Below are positions 51,826 through 62,650 of a stretch of DNA of 64,000 nucleotides, piece after piece (position 1 is the first letter of the stretch; each line of letters begins with the position of its first letter). The DNA is from Scyliorhinus canicula. Lineage: Eukaryota. The stretch lies in assembly GCF_902713615.1 (NCBI RefSeq), contig NC_052148.1:243733212-243797211 (forward strand), given 5' to 3'. The notes beneath the pieces are model-generated. The model was not told where the DNA came from. It did no database searches and saw nothing but the letters and a program-made list of their open reading frames with translations. The translations under genes were made by a program, and so were the position numbers.

Positions 51826-52039
51826 TTAGCCAATTATTTTTTCCAATTTAAGGGGAAATTTAGCGAGGCCAATCCACCTATCCAGCACATTTTTTTTTTT
51901 GGGTTGTGGGGGTGAAACCCATGCAAACACAGGGAGAACGTGCAAATTCCTCACGGACAGTGACCCAGGGCCGGGATTCGAACCCAGGTCCTCAGCGCCG
52001 TGAGGCAGCAATGCTAACCACTGTGGTACCGTGCTGCCC
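51826..52039 (-). mobile_element. HE1-like SINE, short-tail variant
   Basis: Conserved head and shortened body. Confidence 0.85.
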
Positions 52040-53469
52040 GGGTCTGGCACACCTAACAATAATCATCGACATTAACCCCAATAAGTACCCGTTCTCTCCA
52101 TGCACCCCCCTCCCGCCCCCAATGAGGCTCCCATTCAGATCTGCCCCTGGCATAGTGCCAAACTGGCTGTGCCAACCTGTGCCACGGAGCAGTGCTAGGG
52201 CACTTCCCGGGAATGAGTCCCCTCCCCGCCTCCCCAGGGGCTAAGTTTATCTCTGCACCCCTGGAGGGATCTCCTTGACTGATTCTCATTTGGCCAAACC
52301 TGTGGTAAACCTCACCGAAGTAACGTCTCATCGGCAACGTATGAATATTCATTGAAGGGTGGGGGGTTCATGTGGTGTGTGGGGTTTGGGGCTCGCTAAT
52401 AATATTTAAATTAGGTTCCTGCACTTGGTGGGCATGAGCATTGTAATGCCGCCAGCGAGGAGTAGGGAAAACCAGGAAACGCAATCTCTCCGAAGTGGAT
52501 CGCTGTTCCCAGGTCTCTCCAGGTTTAACGCCCATGTCGCCGTGCCTTCTGATGGCAATCGTGGGCTGAAAGTCGCACCCTATAACTGAGACAAAGAGCA
52601 ACAACAGTTGGCAGCGCAGAACCAACAAAATCTTTTTCTGAGCAGACAAAATTAACTTTCAAGAGTTTCAATATGAACACGCACAAAAACAAACAAAGAT
52701 GTCTTTTCCCCAGAGGTTTTTCAGTTTAGATTCTCCAAGATTAAAATGACAGTCCTTGATAGTTCTGCTGTGGTGTTTTGATATCTGACATGGATGATTG
52801 TAGATTGACCTGGCAGCAATCTGCTTGAAGCACAACTCAATAGCAACAATTACCAGGACCTGGCAGAGAGCAAGGAGCCTAAATAAACAAAACAACCCAC
52901 AGTCCCAATTACACAGTCTCCATCAAACTATAACCCAGCCACTCGCTGTTTTATCAAATTAACTAATTTTCTCCACCACTTACTTTTATTCTTCCTTCGG
53001 AATTGCCTTAGTGAGGTGTGATTATAATGTCTGTTAAATCTGTCTGGGACTTTTTATGCAGTGTCTTCTTCAAGCAACTGACACAATTCTTGCCTTTTAT
53101 GAATTTTCCTAGTCGAATTTGATCTGCTTGTTCTCATTATCTCGAGTGCCTAGAGAACTACGTACAAACTGCTCTTATTTTGCAGTCTGAGCCTTGGGAA
53201 ACAGTGGTCCACCCAACATCACTGACCTTCGTAACGAGCAGTGCTGCAAAATGGCCGCACTTGGTGAGGGCTAATAGAAAAGTAGCTGCAGAATGGTAAC
53301 TTACATCTGCAGCAAGGAGTCTCTGGAGACCACACATGTCACTCTTCCCCTTCAGTTTCCCATCCTCTCCAAAGGAAAAAGCCGCAGACAACACTTCCCT
53401 TCAGCATGCGCTGAACAAGATGTAGCAGGTCTTCAGTCTTTAATAAAAAGAATGACGTGCCTTTATGTA

Positions 53470-53795
53470 GTGCCTTGTATGTAGTGAAATTGCCATTTTG
53501 TGCACAGCAAGCTCTCACAAACCTCACTGGCATAAACTGACCAGAAAATCTGCTGCAAAGCAATTTTGGTTGAAGGATAAAGTCAGTCTGGAAACGAATT
53601 GAGCCATCTCGCTCTTCTTCAAAATATCAGAGGATTCTCTTATGTCTATCTGAGAGGGCAGATGGGGCTTCAGTCTGACAGTGCAGCACTTCCTCAGTAC
53701 TGCACTGGAGCACTAGCCTTGATTTTCTGCTCAAGTCTTTGGAGTCGGATTTGAACCTACACCCTTCTAACTCGAGCGAGACTGCTACCATTGAG
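53470..53795 (-). mobile_element. SacSINE1-like Deu-SINE, old
   Basis: tRNA-like head (GGTTCAAATCC), CAGTGCAGTACTGAGGAAGTGCTGCACTGTC and TTTGAAGAAGAGC. A 3' part of the same family lies at 42750-42883 and 43490-43525. Confidence 0.65.
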
Positions 53796-54203
53796 GTTAA
53801 TATATACACTATCAATTTTTAAATACTTGACTTTTGCGAATAGCGCTGCTCAATAACGACAGAACTTCCCCAGTTTAGGTCTGAAAACTCCAATGTTCTT
53901 ATGCCTTTGAAAATAATGACAGGGTTACAAAATAACCTGAGGACTTTGAATTGCACTTAAATAGGAATTGAGATTTTTCACAATAGTCTTCAACAATAAA
54001 CGATTTTCATTTCATTTCATTTCATGTCATATATGACTTAAGTACAGCTTTCTGTGTGTGTTTTTCTTTATATTTTCATTTTATTTATAAAAAGGTACAT
54101 TTTCCCTCAGCAAAGTGCACAATCTGCAAGGCAAAAGCAAATCGGAATGTCTCCGTTCGAAAGAAATTTGGTGACTAAATCAATCGAGGCATGGAATGGT
54201 CAC

Positions 54204-54393
54204 GGCCTGGATTCTCCCCTACCCGGCGGGACTTCTCCGCACCTTTAGGGGCTAGGCCCGCACCGGAGTGGTTTCCACTCCGCCGGCCGGCGCGAACGGC
54301 CTTTGGCGCCCCGCCAGCTGGGGCCGAAAGGCCTACGCCAGTCGGCGGAGGTCCACGCAGGCGCATGCGCCGGGGGGTCGGAGAATTCCGCCC
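54204..54393. mobile_element. Short internally deleted MITE of the same family
   Basis: GGATTCTCCCCTACCCGGCGGG start and GGTCGGAGAATTCCGCCC end, as in the 39459 and 44467 copies. Confidence 0.8.
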
Positions 54394-54940
54394 CTTATTT
54401 TGCTTATCATCATGGCTGACATCTTGCAACATTGGTCAAACTACCTTGCTCCGTGAAGCATTTTTACGTTGAAAGGTGATAACTTATCATAAACATCCCT
54501 CAGAAATCTCAGTTAAATAGCTCAGAGCCTTTCATATTATTTCTTCATTGGGGTCGATACCTTATTTAAAGAGGGAGTGCCGATGACATTATTAGAATAC
54601 AGAATTGGCAGCTGTTGAATTCAATGGTAGAGAGGAGATTAACATGGGATTGAAATGTGATTGCCGAGGCATCCAGCAATACCGATTATATTTCTGACAC
54701 TAGGGGCGCGATTCTCCCGACTTACGAAAAATCGGGAAATTGGCGGGAAAAACGGGCGCGTTTGACGACGGTCAGGAAGGGTCCATTTCCCGACGTATTC
54801 ACTTCCGGAAAATGGGCTAGTAACGCGGCCTAGTCAATTACGTGCACCATTACGACGGAACGCGGCGATGACACGAACACGCCCACATGACGCCGCCCGA
54901 CGCCGTAAAAAGGCGCGGGCGAGCACAGAATCTGTCGGCC

Positions 54941-55180
54941 ATGATGTCGCAGCCCAGGAGAGCTGCCCCTCGGTTTGTTGAGGCCGATGTCGAGACGCTG
55001 CTCGATGCCGTCGAGCAGAGGAAGGGCATCATCTGCCCGCGAAGAGGGCATCGCCAACCTTCCGGCTTGGTACGCCAGGCCTGGCGTGAGGTGGCTGCTG
55101 CCGTTAGTGCTGTGGGGCAGACCCCTCGCTCTGCAGAGCAATGCAGGAAAAAGCTGCACAACCTCACCAGGGCTGCCAGG
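54941..55180 (+). CDS. Harbinger Myb/SANT-like DNA-binding protein, exon 1
   Basis: MMSQPRRAAPRFVEADVETLLDAVEQRK...AWREVAAAVSAVGQTPRSAEQCRKKLHNL matches the Myb/SANT (MSANTD-type) pattern. Ends at AGG|GTAAGT donor (55181, phase 0). An upstream in-frame ATG at 54887 is an alternative start. Confidence 0.88.
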
Positions 55181-55452
55181 GTAAGTGCCAAGAGGGTGCC
55201 CCCTGGTCACAACCACCCCCCCCCCCCTTAACTTAATCACCCACCTGCCCCCCCTGGCTCGAGGGGGTGGAGGGGGATTGGGGCAGTTATTTGAGGGTGG
55301 TTCACAAAGTTGTCACAGACCCAGCGCTCTGGCCTCCGTGGAGAGATGCAATGGTCTTATGACAACTTCACCCCCAAACTGTGCCAGTATCTGAACGGAC
55401 TGCTGATACCTGCCGTATTGTAATGATCTACCTATGCCCCCTCACCCAACAG

Positions 55453-55609
55453 GCCAAGTCCGCTCACAACACCCGTGAGCGGCACAAGACTGGAGGGGGT
55501 TCGCCCAACCTGCACCCCCTGACCACATTTGAGCTGAGGGCACTGGACCTTGTTGAGGGGTCTGGCACCCGGGAAGTCGCGCTATGCGAGGTTGGCGGAT
55601 CTGCAGCAT
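55453..55609 (+). CDS. Harbinger Myb/SANT protein, exon 2
   Basis: Acceptor CAACAG| at 55452. Encodes AKSAHNTRERHKTGGGSP, the R/K-x-TGGG motif that typically follows the Myb domain in Harbinger partner proteins. Probable donor GTGAGA at 55610. Confidence 0.78.
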
Positions 55610-55640
55610 GTGAGACAACCCTCCTTGACAAACACCCACC

Positions 55641-56177
55641 CCTCCCCCATCCTCTGTCCCTTCACACACCCTGCCCACTGGGATACCTCCCCCATCCTCT
55701 GTCCCTTCACACACCCTGCCCACTTGGACACCTCCCCCATCCTCTGTCCCTTCACACACCCTGCCCACTGGGATACCTCCCCCATCCTGTGTCCCTTCAC
55801 ACACCCTGCCCACTGGGATACCTCCCCCATCCTCTGTCCCTTCACACACCCTGCCCACTGGGATACCTCCCCCATCCTCTGTCCCTTCACACACCCTGCC
55901 CACTGGGATACCTCCCCCATCCTCTGTCCCTTCACACACCCTGCCCACTGGGATACCTCCCTCATCCTCTGTCCCTTCACACACCCTGCCAACTTGGACA
56001 TCTCCCCCATCCTCTGTCCCTTCACACACCCTGCCCACTGGGATACCTCCCTCATCCTCTGTCCCTTCACACACCCTGCCCACTGGGATACCTCCCCCAT
56101 CCTCTGTCCCTTCACACACCCTGCCCACTGGGATACCTCCCCCATCCTCTGTCCCTTCACACCCTGCCCACTGGGAC
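55641..56177. repeat. 45-bp minisatellite, about 12 copies, in Myb intron 2
   Basis: Unit CCTCCCCCATCCTCTGTCCCTTCACACACCCTGCCCACTGGGATA with few variants. Confidence 0.97.
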
Positions 56178-56231
56178 CGTCCAGCGGCCGGCCGAGCGAA
56201 TCTAAATAACCCGTTTCATTCTCTTCCCTAG

Positions 56232-57601
56232 GACGTGATGCCGAACGACCAGGGCCGTCTGGCTGCAGACGGACACAGGCATCTGCCCCCACCTCACCTG
56301 GGGCCGAGCGACAGAGTGTGCTTAATCAGCGGGGAGTTCCATCCTCCCCAACCCAATCTGCGGAGCAGGACGCCCAGAGGGTGGCGATACCACAGGCCAC
56401 AGAAATGGCCAGCGAACACCCTGCGGACTCTCAGCGGCCCCATACCATAGAGGAGGCGTTAAATACAGAAGACCTCGAGCTTTCGGCACTGCTATCTCCC
56501 ACACCATCCATCATCCCAGAGACACTCACCCCGGCTGGCCTATTTAGTGATGAGTCTCCTGGGTCACAGTCTGGTTCGCACATCACAGCTGAGCAGGTAC
56601 AGCAGGTGGAGGTCGGAGCAACCGAGGGCCCGGACTGGCGGAGGCCAGGCCAGGCCCAGCATGCAGCTGGCTCCCAGACGTTTTCTGAGTTCCTGGAGTT
56701 TCTCAACCCACCCGCACAGCCGATGCCTCAAGAAACCCAGGGTAACAATGACGGGATGAGGGCTGTTTTCCAGACTCTGCAGACGCTGTTAGAGAAGTCG
56801 AACCGCGTCCACGAGCAGGGAGTGGTGCCGCTCATGGCAGCGACCCAGTCCGACACCGCACGGATGGCATCCGCGGTGGAGGCAATGGGTCAGGTTATGC
56901 AAGGCGTTGGGGTTAATGTGCACGCGTCATCATCGGCCCTGGACAGGGTTGCCCTCTCACAGGCAACAATGTGCCAGAGCCAAAACGACATTGCCGGCGC
57001 CCTGCGGGCCTTGGCCCAGTCTCACCGGGTCATGGCCCAGTTGCAGCAGTCAGTCGCTGAGAGCATCAACCGCCTGACACATGTGCTGGATGGCGTCGTG
57101 CACTCACAGGTTGAGGTCGCACAGTCCCTGGCAGGAATGTCTAACTCCCTGGACTCTGTGTCTGCAAACGTTTGGATCCTGGTGGATACCGTCACAGGCC
57201 TCCAGGACTGGCAGCGCCAGGTGTCGGTGGCGCGATGGGGCACCTGCCCGCTCGCATCTCTGTCCCAAAGTGAGGCCCGGGGGCCACCGGGCTCCCCGAG
57301 GGAGGAGGAGGTTTCGGGGCCCGTCCCATTAACTCCATCACGGGACGTCCCGGAATTCTCGGCCTCCCCCCGTCCCATCCCTGGTACATCGGGTGGGCAG
57401 CAGGCAGATCAGGGTGGCACAACGTCACCCGAGACGCCCGCAGAGCAGCCTGGCCCATCAACGCCGGGTCGCCCCAGGAAACGCTTGCCGAAGGAGAAAC
57501 AAGTCGAAGGGGGCGATTCGCAGCAGTCCTCCTCCACTCCTGCTGTATCATCTGGGGACTCACGTAGACGTAGTGTTAGGGCCCGTAAGGCAACAAAGTG
57601 A
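56232..57601 (+). CDS. Harbinger Myb/SANT protein, exon 3 (S/P/E-rich linker, long coiled coil, basic C-terminus)
   Basis: Polypyrimidine tract plus TAG acceptor at 56231, then an open frame to TGA at 57601. Heptad repeat at 56864-57220; NLS-like RPRKR and RRRSVRARK. ATTAAA near 57678. Homologous decayed copies at 47.1-48.3 kb and 48.8-49.6 kb. Confidence 0.78.
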
Positions 57602-58138
57602 GACACAGAGTAAGTTGGCACGGGTGAAGGGCACAGTTTAGTTGTAGGGGCTAGGGCACCTGTAAATGTTTGTTCACATTAAACGCACTGTTCCACCTTA
57701 CTTGTAATACCGTGTGATTGTTCCACAGCCACAGGAATTGTGATGGTGACCGAGTGTCACTGGGGTTGACGAACGGTGAAACTTCGGTGCCGGGTGTGCA
57801 GTCCCTGCCCCTCCCCCCACCCCCTCCCAAGCTAGCCCACGCGGGCACGTGATGGAGTGTCCATGACGAACTCAGCGGCCACCAAGGTGGATGGTTCAGC
57901 TATTGCCGTGGGTCAGACTCTCTCTAACGATTCTAAGCTCACAGCTCTTCGCAGAGTGGGCTGTCATCATTCCACATGGCACTGATCACACCCGCTGACA
58001 CAGCCATCAATGTTGTGCCATACCGTCTGGACCCAGTGGTAAGGGTGATGTCGAAGTGGGGTTGTGGTGGTGGCAGTTGTGTGTTGACCCTCTGAGCGAC
58101 TGGTGATGCAGGTGGTGGTTTGGTGTTCAGCGGGGACG

Positions 58139-59179
58139 TCACATGCGACGCGTGAACCGTGCTGCCACCAAGGCGTCGCGTGCCCACCGTCCTCGCCGGG
58201 TCTGTTGTGCTGCCTCCTGGGCATCACCAGCACCTGGGTCGTGTCTGCATGCTGCGCCCGCCACTCCGCCAGCCTCCTTCTCCTCCTCCTCTGTGCTGGC
58301 ACCACTGCCACTGGCTTCTCCCTCCGCCTCCTGCAGCAGGTCATCTCCCCTCTGCATCGCGATGTTGTGCAGCGTACAGCAGACCACAACAATGCGAGCG
58401 ACCCTTTCAGCCTGGTACTGCAGGGCCCCTCCGGAGCGGTCCAGGCACCTGAATCTCATCTTCAGGAGGCCAAGGCAGCGCTCCACCACACCCCTGGTTG
58501 CTGCATGGGCCTCGTTGTATCGTGTTTCCGCATTGGTCTGAGGCCTCCGTATAGGCGTCATCAGCCAAGACCTCAGCGGATAACCCCTGTCACCCAGCAA
58601 CCAGCCCCTCAGCCGGGGGGGACGTCCCTCAAACATCGCAGGGATGAACGACTGCGCCAGTATGTAGGAGTGATGCACACTCCCTGGGAACCTTGCACAG
58701 ACATTCATGATCCTCATGTGGGGGTCACATACCACCTGGATATTCATGGAGTATGTCCCCCTTCTGTTTGTGAACACGTCCCTGTCCCCTGCAGGCGGGC
58801 GCATGGGGACGTGAACACAATCGATTGCCCCCTGCACCCTCGGTATCCCGGCCACTCTGGCAAATCCACGAGCTCGTGAGTCTTGACTTGCTTGGTCCTC
58901 GGGGAAGGTGATGTAGATGTTAGCGATGGCATAGAGGGCGTCGGTCACATCCCGGATGCACCTATGCACCGATGACTGGGAGATCCCGGAGACGTCCCCG
59001 CTCGGAGACTGGAAGGAGCCGGTAGCATAAAAGTTAAGAGCGACCGTCACCTTGATGGCAACCGGGATCGCGTGTCCTCCCCCCGTTCCACGTGGGGCGA
59101 GGTGCGCCGCGAGGTGACAGATATGTATCACCATCTGCCTACTCAGCCGGAGTCTCCTCCTGCAGGTGATGTCCGTCAT
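58139..59179 (-). CDS. Harbinger/HARBI1-like DDE transposase, catalytic C-terminal part (346 aa)
   Basis: Motifs RLRLSR, ALNFYATGSFQ, GISQSSV, GAIDCVHV, NRRGTYSMNIQVVCD, LLGDRGYPL, RYNEAH, VVERCLGLLKMRFRCL. The usual PGSxHD motif reads PGSVHH. Confidence 0.95.
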   Translation of the reverse strand: MTDITCRRRLRLSRQMVIHICHLAAHLAPRGTGGGHAIPVAIKVTVALNFYATGSFQSPSGDVSGISQSSVHRCIRDVTDALYAIANIYITFPEDQASQDSRARGFARVAGIPRVQGAIDCVHVPMRPPAGDRDVFTNRRGTYSMNIQVVCDPHMRIMNVCARFPGSVHHSYILAQSFIPAMFEGRPPRLRGWLLGDRGYPLRSWLMTPIRRPQTNAETRYNEAHAATRGVVERCLGLLKMRFRCLDRSGGALQYQAERVARIVVVCCTLHNIAMQRGDDLLQEAEGEASGSGASTEEEEKEAGGVAGAACRHDPGAGDAQEAAQQTRRGRWARDALVAARFTRRM

Positions 59180-61033
59180 AGAACATAGAACGATACAGCG
59201 CAGTACAGGCCCTTCGGCCCTCGATGTTGCACCGACATGGAAAAAATCTAAAGGCCATCTAACCTACACTATGCCCTTATCATCCATATGCTTATCCAAT
59301 AAATTTTTTAATGCCCTCAATGTTGGCGTGTTCACTACTGTTGCAGGTAGGGCATTCCACGGCCTCACCACTCTGCGTAAAAAACCCACCTCTGACCTCT
59401 GTCCTATATCTATTACCCCTCAATTTAAGGCTATGTCCCCTCGTGCTAGCCACCTCCATCCGCGGGAGAAGGCTCTCGCTGTCCACCCTATCTAACCCTC
59501 TGATCATTTTGTATGCCTCTATTAAGTCACCTCTTAACCTTCTTCTCTCTAACGAAAACAACCTCAAGTCCATCAGCCTTTCCTCATAAGATTTTCCCTC
59601 CATACCAGGCAACATCCTGGTAAATCTCCTCTGCACCCGTTCCAAAGCTTCCACGTCCTTCCTATAATGAGGCGACCAGAACTGTACGCAATACTCCAAA
59701 TGCGGCCGTACTAGAGTTTTGTACAACTGCAACATGACCTCATGGCTCCGGAACTCAATCCCTCTACCAATAAAGGCCAACACACCATAGGCCTTCTTCA
59801 CAACCCTATCAACCTGGGTGGCAACTTTCAGGGATCTATGTACATGGACACCGAGATCCCTCTGCTCATCCACACTACCAAGAATTTTACCATTAGCCAA
59901 ATATTCCGCATTTCTGTTATTCTTTCCAAAGTGAATCACCTCACACTTCTCCACATTAAACTCCATTTGCCACCTCTCAGCCCAGCTCTGCAGCTTATCT
60001 ATGTCCCTCTGTAACCTGCAACATCCTTCCGCACTGTCTACAACTCCACCGACTTTAGTGTCGTCTGCAAATTTACTCACCCATCCTTCTGCGCCCTCCT
60101 CTAGGTCATTTATAAAAATGACAAACAGCAACGGCCCCAGAACAGATCCTTGTGGTACGCCACTCGTAACTGAACTCCATTCTGAACATTTCCCATCAAC
60201 TACCACTCTCTGTCTTCTTTCAACTAGCCAATTTCTGATCCACATCTCTAAATCACCCTCAATCCCCAGCCTCCGTATTTTCTGCAATAGCCGACCGTGG
60301 GGAACCTTATCAAACGCTTTACTGAAATCCATATACACCACATCAGCTGCTCTACCCTCGTCTACCTGTTCAGTCACCTTCTCAAAGAACTCGATAAGGT
60401 TTGTGAGGCATGACCTACCCTTCACAAAACCATGCTGACTGTCCCTAATCATATTATTCCTATCTAGATGATTATAAATCGTATCTTTTATAATCCTCTC
60501 CAAGACTTTACCCACCACAGACGTTAGGCTCACCGGCCTATAGTTACCGGGGTTATCTCTACTCCCCTTCTTGAACAAAGGGACCACATTTGCTATCCTC
60601 CAGTCCTCTGGCACTATTCCTGTAGCCAATGATGATCTAAAAATCAAAGCCAAAGGCTCAGCAATCTCTTCCCTGGCTTCCCAGAGAATCCTAGGATAAA
60701 TCCCATCAGGCCCCGGGGACTTATCTATTTTCACCTTGTCCAGAATTGCCAACACTTCTTCCCTACGCACCTCAATGCCATCTATTCTAATAGCCTGGGT
60801 CTCAGCATTCTCCTCCACAATATTATCTTTTTCTTGAGTGAATACTGATGAAAAGTATTCATTTAGTAGCTCGCTTATCTCCTCAGCCTCCACACACAAC
60901 TTCCCACCACTGTCCTTGACTGGCCCTACTCTTACCCTAGTCATTCTTTTATTCCTGACATACCTATAGAAAGCTTTTGGGTTTTCCTTGATCCTACCTG
61001 CCAAAGACTTCTCATGTCCCCTCCTTGCTCCTT
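59180..61033 (-). mobile_element. 5'-truncated CR1 LINE (young; RT domain intact) inserted into the transposase gene
   Basis: ORF with KSPGPDG, NYRPVSLTS, DFSKAFD, GVPQGSVLGP and FADD. 3' tail (TTCTATG)n at 59177-59190. TCAT is duplicated at 59176-59179 and 61034-61037. Small frameshift near 59372. Confidence 0.96.
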
Positions 61034-61034
61034 T

Positions 61035-61293
61035 CATTGTTAGGAAAGAGACCCGGACACGGTACACCTGGTCGTCGCATCTGGCGCCGTGGCTGCACCC
61101 TCACTCTCTCCTCCTCCTCCTCCTCCTCCCCCCCATGCTGCTCGACGACTGGCAACTCCTCGGCCCTTCCCTCTGCTGCTGCAGCTGGCCCTGCATCCAC
61201 TGCGGGTTGTGGCTGTGGATGCTGCTGCATCTCCAAATGCAGTGCAGCGGCCCCAACCACTGCGCTGAACATAGCCGTTCTGTTCACAGACAT
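61035..61293 (-). pseudogene. Harbinger transposase N-terminal part, separated from the rest by the CR1 insertion; frameshift near 61068
   Basis: MSVNRTAMFSAVVG...RRQMRRP then, in another frame, VYRVRVSFLTM. Removing the CR1 restores ...SFLTM-TDITCRRRLRL. Acceptor CTTCTGTAG| at 61303 lies just before the ATG. Confidence 0.85.
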
Positions 61294-61619
61294 TGTGCTA
61301 ACCTACAGAAGGGTGGTGGGGGGCAGAGAAACGGGACATGTTAGACGGAGGTTAGTCGACAACTCGGCAGCCGCCAGCCACGGGATACCTGTGTGTCCCG
61401 GTGGCCTGGACGCGCTGCTGACACGCGGGCAGCCTAACCCCTGGTCACTTTCTGCATCCAACGGGCAGTAAACTATGTCCTCCTCACCGGTGCGTCAGTG
61501 GCCTGTGGCCGTAAGCCACAGGGGAACCAGCGGCTGTGTCCTCGTGACCGGCACGCCATGGCATGGTGGCAGACATTTTGTTACGGGGTTGGACGGGTCA
61601 CTCGCTCACTCTCTCCCTA

Positions 61620-62650
61620 ACACCCCCCCCACTCCCACTCCCCCCCTCCGTCTCCCCCACTGCCCCCCTCCATCTCCCCCACTCCCCCCTCCATCTCCCC
61701 CACTGCCCCCCTCCATCTCCCCCACTCCCCTCCTCCGTCTCCCCCACTCCCCCCTCCGTCTCCCCCACTCCCCCCTCCATCTCCCCCACTCCCCCTTCCA
61801 TCTCCCCCACTCCACCCCTCCGTCTCCCCCACTCCCCTCCTCCGTCTCCCCCACTCCCCCCTCCGTCTCCCCCACTCCCCCTCCATCTCCCCACTCCCCC
61901 CTCCATCTCCCCCACTCCCCCTCCATCTCCCCCACTCCCCCCTCCATCTCCCCCATTACCCCCCTTCGTCTCCCCCACTCCCCCCTCCGTCTCCCCCACT
62001 CCCCCCTCCCTCTCCCCCACTCCCCCCTTCCATCTCCCCCACTCCCCCCCCCCTCCGTCTCCCCCTCTCCCCCCTCTGTCTCCCCCACTGCCCCCCTCCA
62101 TCTCCCCCACTCCCCCCTCCATCTCCCCCACTGCCCCCCTCCGTCTCCCCCACTGCCCTCCTCCATCTCCCCTTCTCCCCCCTCCATCTCCCCCACTCCC
62201 CTCCTCCGTCTCCCCCACTCCCCCCTTCGTCTCCCCCACTCCCCCCTCCGTCTCCCCCACTGCCCCCTCCATCTCCCCCACTCCCCCCTCCGTCTCCCCC
62301 ACTGCCCCCTCCATCTCCCCCACTCCCCCCTCCATCTCCCCCACTGCCCCCTCCATCTCCCCCACTCCCCCCTCCATCTCCCCCACTTCCCCCTCCATCT
62401 CCCCCACTCCCCCCTCCATCTCCCCCACTCCCCCCCTCCGCATCCCCCACTCCCCCCCTCCGCATCCCCCACTCCCCCCTCCATCTCCCCCACTCCCCCC
62501 TCCATCTCCCCCACTCCCCCCCTCCATCTCCTCCACTGCCCCCCTCCATCTCCCCCACTCCTCCCCTCCATCTCCCACACTCCCCCCCTCCATCTCCCCC
62601 ACTCCCCCCCTCCATCTCCCCCACTCCCCCCCGCTCTGGACCCCCCTCCC
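61620..62650. repeat. C-rich ~20-22-bp degenerate tandem repeat in the predicted transposase 5'-UTR intron
   Basis: Unit approximately CCCCCCTCCATCTCCCCCACT. Bounded by minus-strand donor GAG|GTGAGC (62720) and acceptor (61303). Confidence 0.93.

Noticed and set aside
55442-56292. ORFs with 15-aa repeats, and a possible CRISPR-like array
   Set aside because: This is a 45-bp head-to-tail minisatellite with no unique spacers, open in several frames on both strands.
58139-59179. Domesticated HARBI1 host gene
   Set aside because: It sits within TIRs and a TSD next to a Myb partner and is interrupted by a CR1, so it is a transposon copy.
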